From the NCBI GenBank assembly GCA_000934665.2, contig KZ538896.1, positions 1 to 41,836 on the forward strand: 41,836 nt of DNA, written 5' to 3'. Both the position numbers and the translations under genes were made by a program. Origin of the DNA: Catajapyx aquilonaris (taxonomy: Eukaryota). The notes beneath the pieces are model-generated. The model worked only from the letters and a program-made list of their open reading frames with translations. It did no database searches and was not told the DNA's origin. This document shows positions 34,157 to 41,836 of the stretch, in pieces; the stretch's first letter is position 1; the number at the start of each line of letters is the position of its first letter.

Positions 34157-34806
34157 GCAACTCCGAAGTCCCAGTCTTTTCCTGAGGTATAATGTGGAAT
34201 TCCTAAGGTTTGACTCATTTTTACCCTAAGAAGAGTGTGATAGTCACGAACGGTATTGACCAACATGCTGTCGTTTAAAACGGACTGAACTGGACGTTGC
34301 CCAAATTGGTCTGAAAGGGTAAATGACAGGGGTTGTAATATCTGGCAAAGCTGTGAGATGGAGGCATCGACCTCGTCGCGAGTATTCTGCCAAAGAATCC
34401 GGCGGGAAATTCCGAACCACCGTTACATAACGTCGGGCCCCTTTTTATCGGCACGTGCTGACCGCAGTACAATGGCGAAGCACCCGAAATTGGTATGTAA
34501 CGGGAGGAAGTGTGCTTTGGGGGGGGGGGGGGGNATCTGAATTTCGTGGCTTCTACAGGAAGTAGAGCAACATGTGGCCTCCATATTTGCACCCCCCTCC
34601 TCCCCGGAGGAAAAACTCGGGGTAGGGGGTGGGGGATGTCATGCACATATGCATTGTTCTGACCTTATCTGGATTGTTAAAATGCAATTGTAATGGTGAA
34701 ATTTGTGTTTCAGCTGGCTCACAGCGGGCCGTGACAGTGACAAACCGACCAGCAGGGCCGTCCGACGCAACAGTTGATTGAACAGTGCCTTTATTAGTGA
34801 GTCACG

Positions 34807-35679
34807 ATGACGGTGACGTACACCGCCGAGGTAGCCACCGTCAGGGGGATGGGCATCTTTTGGAAGCTGCTCTTCAGGTGAGAAATGACAACTTGCACAT
34901 TCAATCGTGAATATTTGAGTGATATAGTAAAGTACCACATGGGTCAGACCTTTCTAGACATGGAAACCTTAAATATTTCATTGGGTACTATTTTTGGATG
35001 CATGACGCTTCATCGATGAGTGCTGCTAAGAGCAGGACATTATTATTAAACAGAGCTGGAAATATCGTGGGGGGTTATGTTCAGCAAGGGATTCAGGAAG
35101 TTCTGGGTGATTTTTAAAATGAAGGTTTGGAACCCAGGGGATATATGGCTTTGGAATAGATTGAGGCACCCAGAGGAAGAATGGCATATCCCAACAGGAG
35201 TTCGTTTTGAGAAAAGGGGCTTTCTGTGTTTTGCTTTATCATGCAGCTAAAGCTACGGACAAATTTTACAAGTGGAATATGTGAGCTAGGACATGTCCCA
35301 ATTCATTTGGTACTTCAGCACATGAAAGGTAGATGGAAGGAGAGTACAACAGCACTACAAACTCAAAATTGGAGGTTGGTTGGGATATGCAGTTCTTCCT
35401 CTGGGCGCCTCAATGGGCTTGAATATTAGGTGTTGATATGTTTGGGTTACAATCACACTAGCAATCATATTGATTACTCATAAACACCTCAATGCCCGAT
35501 GCAACGTCAGCACATGCCTGACTTTTCATTCACTCAGTAAAGTGATATTAATTTGGGTTTTATTTCAGGTGGCGAGGAAGTATTTACAAGCTACTATGGC
35601 CAGATCTGCTCGTGTACATGTTTCTGTACTTTGCTCTTTCCTTCATATACCGATTCCTACTCAACGAATACCAAAAGAG
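34807..35679 (+). CDS. Best: Bestrophin paralog C, coding exons 1-2 (remainder not in window)
   Basis: 34807-34877 reads [24 protein letters not shown] (donor gtgaga). 35569-35679 reads [37 protein letters not shown] (donor gttagt). Phases match Best-A and Best-B. No exon 3 was seen before 41836. Confidence 0.93.
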
Positions 35680-35981
35680 GTTAGTGGAATTTAAGTGAAA
35701 ATGATATGTTCCAGTCATATGTGCATGTGCAAATAAGTGAGAAAGGTTTGAATTTGCATGTTTGTTTATTGAGTCCTAAGTGAAGTCCGTTCCAGGAAAT
35801 GAAGCAAGAAAGGGATATAATATATTGTTGATGTGAACAGTTTGCACATCCAGAAATATTTGTTTTTTATGTGCTGTTGTGTCTATTGCTTTCCTGGCAC
35901 CACTCCGTGAATATAGAGGTATTTTCTGCAAGAAATATGTAGATTAATGGGCACCTTGACAATCACAATTTGCCCCTAGTT

Positions 35982-36263
35982 TGTTTGTTCGTGCTACCGC
36001 GTGATAGGGCCTTGGGCCCTTTTAGGGGGGGATGGGAAGTTCCCAAGGGAGGGCCCTCTTAAGTAGTCATTTCTGACCCTCTTAAATACCAGACCTTTTT
36101 TCTTGGCCCTGGGCAGAGAAGGGAGTGCAAGTCTGCCTGGACATGTCAGGTGAAAAGCGAAATAAGACTCGACCAAGCAGAGGTGACCGGGACAGGATTT
36201 GAACTCCTGACCTCCCGCTTGGCTGGCCAGTAGCATAGCCACTAGACCACCATGCCCCCAGTG
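35982..36263 (-). mobile_element. tRNA-derived SINE (family A)
   Basis: Similar to 752-1034, with TSD gcccctagtt at 35972-35981 and 36264-36273. Confidence 0.85.
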
Positions 36264-36386
36264 GCCCCTAGTTCTTGGTACAGTGAAGTGTGTTTGCTTA
36301 ATGCGGAAAATATTTGCTGTCCCAGCAGCAAGAAGAGTTCCCGTATATTTTTGGTTGGATATACGAGTAGCAAGATCTGTCTAATG

Positions 36387-36585
36387 CAGTGGCGGATCCA
36401 GTGGTGATCGGGGTGATCACCCCCCCCCCCCCCNNNNNNNNNNNNNNNNNNNNNNNNNNNNNNNNNNNNNNNNNNNNNNNNNNNNNNNNNNNNNNNNNNN
36501 NNNNNNNNNNNNNNNNNGGGGGGGGGGGGGGGGGGAGCGCGGCGACAAATCCCCCCCCCCAAAATGACATCTAGATCCGCCACTG
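36387..36585. mobile_element. hAT MITE (contains an assembly gap)
   Basis: TIRs cagtggcggatc / gatccgccactg, 8-bp TSD gtctaatg at 36379-36386 and 36586-36593. Confidence 0.88.
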
Positions 36586-36920
36586 GTCTAATGTGCAAAC
36601 AGACATGCTCGAATGTTGATTGCGTCGTACTTGGTAGTTTGTTCCAGGAAATGAAGGGAAGGTTATGTATTGTAGACATGAACAATGTACACTTCAGAAA
36701 TATTTGCTTCCTTTGCGTAGTTCTTGGTAGAGCGAAACCTATCTCTAGTGGATCCTTGTTTAATGCAGAAAATATTTGCTGTCCTAGCAGCAAGAGGAAT
36801 TCCAATGTTGTTTTTGTCAGATATAGTGAGGTCTGTGTAATGTGGAAATGGATGGAATTTTTAGGTCCCTCAGGAGAGAAACCATGCGTGTAATGGAATT
36901 TGTACTGCATTCGTGTAGAT

Positions 36921-37198
36921 CAGCCCCCCGCAACTCATACAATACGGTAGTTTAATATAAAATTATCCGTCCGCGGTGCTGGCGCTTGCCCACAAGGATG
37001 ATGTGGTTGGGGCGGCTGCTTGAGGACGCCTGAACCAGTCCGAACCATTCTTTCCGGAAGGAATTCACAGATCGCCAGTCAGCCACCCGAATTACAACAT
37101 GCCTGTGGGGCCGCGCCAGTGCCAAATTCCAGGCTGGGGGAGACTTTTATATTCAACTACCATCACCATAGGACTACATAGGGAGTTGCGGGGGGCTG
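36921..37198. mobile_element. hAT MITE, 278 bp
   Basis: TIRs cagccccccgcaactc / gagttgcggggggctg, 8-bp TSD gtgtagat at 36913-36920 and 37199-37206. Confidence 0.92.
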
Positions 37199-37918
37199 GT
37201 GTAGATGCAGTTTCACATTTGCCAGGCTAAAAATTGCCGTCTTGGGCAAAACATTGCATGAGAGTCCCACAAATTCGGCGTTCAAAGAACATATGGACTT
37301 CTGAGACACCAATACAGACTTGTAATGAGCCTTACAAATGATATTTTTTTTTCTAGTTTAGTGTTGTCCGATATAGCGGATACTTGTATAATGCAGGACA
37401 TTTTCACGGAACAGCATTCTGGTACAGACAGGTTTCACTGTTTTGTAATATATAATGTTGATATAATTAACTTCTGTTATTGTCAGACTAACAATGATAT
37501 ATTTTTAGCCATTTGAGCTGCTAATCTTGTTTGATGATTCTTGGTTGAGTATACAGGGATCAGCCCCTGGGCAAGAGAAGTCATTTTGGTCACAAGAAAA
37601 ATTGCTGAATTTTAACAAGTCTGAAGGCTTGGACAGTTTTGATCATTTTGACGTTAATTCAAATGAAATTAAAGCTCATTGGTGACAATTTTAGGCACAT
37701 GGGTAAAAATATTGTTTAAAAAAAAGTAACAATGTTTTAAATCCACCTACATCATTAAGGTAATTTTCTTATTTTGGAGGATTTCCCAGATCAAAATATG
37801 CAGCATGGGAAATGAGCTTATCATGTGAAAGATTAATTTGAGGGGAAAAAAATTATACCTGTTCTTCCCCATAAAAAATAATTATGGACATTAGGAACAC
37901 AGCTTGTACAGTATAAAT

Positions 37919-38264
37919 ATTTTATTTTTATTATTTTTTCATTACCTCACTTAGGGAGCTACTTACTCCTTTGGGAGGGTGGATTACCACCATCAGGATT
38001 TGTTGGAGCGTATTAAGAAGGATCTTCTTATTTTACTCCAAGGGTAGGTGGGAGGGGATGTGCAAAGTGCATGTGCACTGTCGTTGAGTGGTCATTTTGT
38101 GAACTCCCCCGGGTGGATTAGTCTTTAGGAAATTTCCACCCAAAATGAAGCCAGAGATGGCCCAACTCCGCACGGATAAAGGTGGGAACCCCAGGTGGGG
38201 ATTGAACCCGGGACCTTCATATCCGTGGGCGCGCGTGTTACCGCGGCGCCACATCATCTCCCCT
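37919..38264 (-). mobile_element. tRNA-derived SINE (family C, tail type 1)
   Basis: Full-length reverse-complement match to 9590-9957, with an A-rich tail. Confidence 0.9.
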
Positions 38265-39130
38265 GTGTACATATCTCCTGGAAAAAACTGCAATCATGGC
38301 AAAAGGTGTGTTTTGTATCAAGCTGCTTGTTTTCCTTGCAAATAGTGGTGCAGTATAAGACAAACTGTTTATATTACTCGACTACTTTTAGTTATTTAGC
38401 ATAGGGTACTAGATGAATACTTTGTTCATTCACATTGGGGTGCATGTACTGCAGCAGTCCCCAGGTTTGCAGGTGAGATCATAGCTGTTCACACAGTTTA
38501 GAAAGGGACATTCTGCCTATGGACAGACTTGTTGTATCAACACAACTTGCAGTTGCTGTCTACTTTCAGGACAGAAGTGCACATGATAAGACTAAAAAAT
38601 ATAAAGCTTGCAAGTGTTGAGTGTTGTTGACATTTTCCAGCTGCGAGGAATGTTAAATTAGTGCAAGAAGATTAACAAAGTCATTTTACATACCAATTAA
38701 ATAACCGAGGGGAAACCGCTAGTTTTTGCTAGTAGACTACACTATCAGATCTGTGCGCTTGGTACTGAACATCTGCATATCAGGTGTCAGGACTCGGCTT
38801 ACTGTTTTTTGCAATACGACTCCGCACGCAGGCAACCTTGATGGCATTTGAAGGACATTGTTTATGTAACAAGTGCATGTGTGATTTTTTATGGCAGATG
38901 AAGTGTAAAGGGTATACCATTGTTCTGGGAATAATGAAGCCTGTATATAGTGGAGTCATGCCATACTGTGAAAGTTTTCATAATGGACAAGTTTGCATTA
39001 TACTGGACAATACCAAACTAGGAAAAATAATTCAAGCAGCATTATACAGGGAGTAAATGAATTCAACTGACAAACTTATAAGGGTAATAGACGGGACCAA
39101 GACAAACATATTTCATATCGGAACCCATGT

Positions 39131-40102
39131 AGGGGAGACGGTGTGGCACTGCAGTAACGTATGCGCCCACGGATGTGAGGGTCCTGGTTTCGATACCAAG
39201 CCCGGGCATTCCCCCATTCAACTCGTGCGGAGTTTGGGGTCATCTCTGGCTTCGTCTTGGGTGGGATTCCTTGAGACTTACCCACCCAGGGGAGTTCACA
39301 AAATGACCACAGCAACGACATTGCACATCCCCTCCTGTCTACCCTGCCCACAGACCCGGGCATATTGCATAAAGGTTCCATATATGTACATAGTATACCA
39401 ACACCAATAAAGGTCCGTGCGATATACCCGACAAGGGTGAAAGCACTACCCCCGATTATTATTACTACTACTACTAATACTACTATTACTACTATTACTA
39501 CAGTAAAATCTCGTTTTAGCGAATACCAATACAACGAAATTTCAATAGAACGCAATAAAAATAAAATTTTGGTTGGCCAGCCGTAAGAGCAATGTATTTG
39601 TAATCCTGTTATTATGAAATGCGTTACTACGAAATTTTCAGTACAACGAATATGAATAGTGGTTCCCCGGCTAGTATTGAATTCGATATAACGAAATATG
39701 CACTAGTTCAATGCTCCGCCACATGTGCTCCAGCACTGTCTAGTGATAAGCAAGTGTGTGGTTGTGCGTAACACCGTCAACAATCGTGAAATGTTGGGGT
39801 AGAAGTTGCATTAAGGGGTCGGCAGTGTCGGTTTTGGGAAGTGACCAGGACGGTGAAGACTCAGATGACCCTGACGACCTGTCTGTGTGGAGGTCCGACG
39901 CTGAAAGCACCAGCGTGCCGGATGAAGTTACCTTTCGCGATTTTGTAGCTGTAGATGACTACGTACAGGTGTGCCAGGAGTTGACAGATTCAGTCATACT
40001 TGCGGGGGAAATAAAAATAACCAATCTCGATTTAATGAAATTTCGTTATTACGAAAAGATTTGCCCGGTCCCGCGGGCTTCGTTGTAACGAGATTTTACC
40101 TG

Positions 40103-40139
<37 letters not shown>

Positions 40140-40173
40140 TATTATTATTATTTATTATTATTATTATTATTAT
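39131..40173 (+). mobile_element. tRNA-derived SINE (family C, tail type 2); (TTA)n tail split by a Tigger-like element
   Basis: Family C head and core. TSD tatcggaacccatgt (39116-39130) / tataggcacccatgt (40174-40188). Confidence 0.85.
39501..40102 (+). mobile_element. pogo/Tigger-like deletion derivative with transposase C-terminal remnant
   Basis: TIRs cagtaaaatctcgtt / aacgagattttac(c)tg. The internal ORF (VTPSTIVKCW...VTFRDFVAVDDYVQVCQELTDSVI) resembles the Tigger/TIGD transposase C-terminus. Confidence 0.82.
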
Positions 40174-40419
40174 TATAGGCACCCATGTCCGAAAACGCCA
40201 TCTAGAGGGGATCAATAGACAAGGAACAGTAACATTAAAACGCGTTAGGCGGGAGACGCTAAGTGAGAGGACTGAGAAACTTCTAGGGGTAATAGAGGGG
40301 ACCAAGACAAACGTATTTTATATAGGAACCCATGTCCGGAAACGCCATCTAGAGGTGGATCATGGCCTAGGAACGGGTCGCTCAGATGCGTCTCTGGACA
40401 GGGTTCCTATATGAAATAT

Positions 40420-40757
40420 AATAATAATAATAATAATTTGTGGGTAATGCTTTCACCCCTTCCCGGGTATATCGCATGGACCTTTATTGTATTTTGAGTT
40501 GTTCAGTACATGGTGCCTATTTAATTAAAGCCCGGGCCCATGGGCAGGATGACAGGAGGGGATGTGCAAGGTGCAGTGCATCTGACGCTGTGGCCATTTT
40601 TAATGAACTCCCCCGGGTGGTTTAGTCTGTGAAAATACCACCCGAGACGAAGCCAGAGGTGACCCTGAACTCTGCACGAGATGAAGGGGGTGGGATCGAA
40701 CCCGCGACCTTAACATCCGTGGGCGCATACGTTACCGCAGCACCACTCCGCCTCCCC
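40420..40757 (-). mobile_element. tRNA-derived SINE (family C, tail type 2)
   Basis: Family C head on the minus strand, (TTA)n tail, perfect 15-bp TSD tcctatatgaaatat at 40405-40419 and 40758-40772. Confidence 0.9.
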
Positions 40758-41068
40758 TCCTATATGAAATATGTTTGTTTTGGTCCCCTTTATTACCCAG
40801 AGAAGATTGTCGGTTGAATTCATTTACACCCTGTATATCACCGAATTGGTGCCCTACTTCACACACTTTTCACATGTTGACACCACCATCACCTTTTCAC
40901 CTAGAAAGGAAATTTTTCTCACCCACTCACTGCTGTTCATTTTTTGCCTCTCTCTGTGGGTGAATTTATGAAATTTCTGCAATGCAGTATTGTATGCAAG
41001 GTTTCCTTACTGTGGGAGCCTATCAATTCTCTCCTATTCCGCTTTAGCCAGGGTCCACTATACTGTAT

Positions 41069-41810
41069 CTCCCTCAAAAACGCACTCGTAAAAAACGCGC
41101 CAAGTCGTCTGCCGAAAAAACCTGTGAGATAGTGCCTGGAAGCCAAGCCTTGTCCACTCCGCCGTACAAAGTCGTGAGATCGTGGTGGACGCCAAGCCTT
41201 TCTTCGAGGCTATAAGCTACAAAGTGAGATGACTTGGCCGGACTTGGTTCACGTGCACGAGGAACAATACGCGTTCAGTTCGCTGGAATCTGGTCAAGTT
41301 ACCCAATTTTAGCTGTAAGACTCAATTTTCAAGTCTAATAAACCGCGATTGTAATCATGTGTGGTTCTAATCATGTGCGATTCGAAGATGAGATTTTGTA
41401 GTCCTGTGATACGAATCAGAGGTCCAAGTATATTTATAATTATTCTAATGAATCAAGGAACTGTATTTGTAATTTGAAGGTGGAGTTGTTACGTTACTGC
41501 TCCACCATTGACAGTTAAAAGTTAATATTCCATTCGAAGGTCACATTTTTGGGTAATGGCTCTACCAATGAGTGTTAAAAGTTTACTTTCTATTGTATTA
41601 AACCACGCATCGCATTGTTCCTCGTGCCCGTGAACCAAGTCCGGCCAAGTCATCTCACTTAGCTTATAGCCTCGAAGAAAGACTTGGCGTCCACCACGAT
41701 CTCACGACTTTGTACGGCGGAGTGGACAAGGCTTGGCTTCCAGGCACTATCTCACAGGTTTTTTCAGCAGACGACTTGGCGCGTTTTTTACGAGTGCGTT
41801 TTTGAGGGAG
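41069..41810. mobile_element. Young fold-back DNA element with ~210-bp TIRs (possibly CMC/EnSpm-like)
   Basis: AT|ctccctcaaaaacgcactcg...cgagtgcgtttttgagggag|AT, with nearly identical arms. The superfamily is inferred only from C-termini and a possible 2-bp TSD. Confidence 0.85.
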
Positions 41811-41836
41811 ATCTCACCACTTTTTGTTAAGTTGAA

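Larger units (their letters stand above)
39047..40833. mobile_element. Tc1/mariner-like MITE expanded by nested insertions
   Basis: TA|cagggagtaaatgaattcaactgacaa...ttgtcggttgaattcatttacaccctg|TA. An extra internal copy of the subterminal repeat lies at ~40277-40355. Confidence 0.88.

Noticed and set aside
32240..34700. Many short ORFs in a GC/CpG-rich stretch, and a candidate Best-C promoter
   Set aside because: No protein similarity was recognised. The stretch is probably a mix of repeat fragments and 5' regulatory DNA, and a TSS cannot be placed from sequence alone.

Overview
Eukaryotic, intron-containing and repeat-rich sequence, most likely from an arthropod or insect (inferred from gene style and SINE types). 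It holds three same-strand (+) bestrophin paralogs: Best-A (6990-14742, divergent), Best-B (15960-18574, canonical) and Best-C (first two coding exons at 34807-35679, the rest apparently beyond the window). Between Best-B and Best-C lie two tandem minus-strand paralogs encoding bipartite ankyrin-repeat-only proteins (5+8 repeats) with identical exon architecture. A decayed SETDB1/eggless-like pre-SET/SET exon lies head-to-head with Best-A. Introns and spacers contain several tRNA-derived SINE families, hAT, Tc1/mariner and pogo/Tigger MITEs, fold-back palindromes and microsatellites, often nested. The most notable signals are: (1) Best-A has substitutions at channel neck and other conserved residues, a GC-AG intron and a phase-consistent ~520-aa basic/RS-rich tail that could be removed by an alternative acceptor; (2) one SINE family has inserted independently into both arms of a single MITE, and into another mariner-like end, suggesting target preference; (3) that SINE family shows 3'-tail swapping. 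Exon models were read by eye from splice signals and phase, and human residue numbers are recalled rather than computed.
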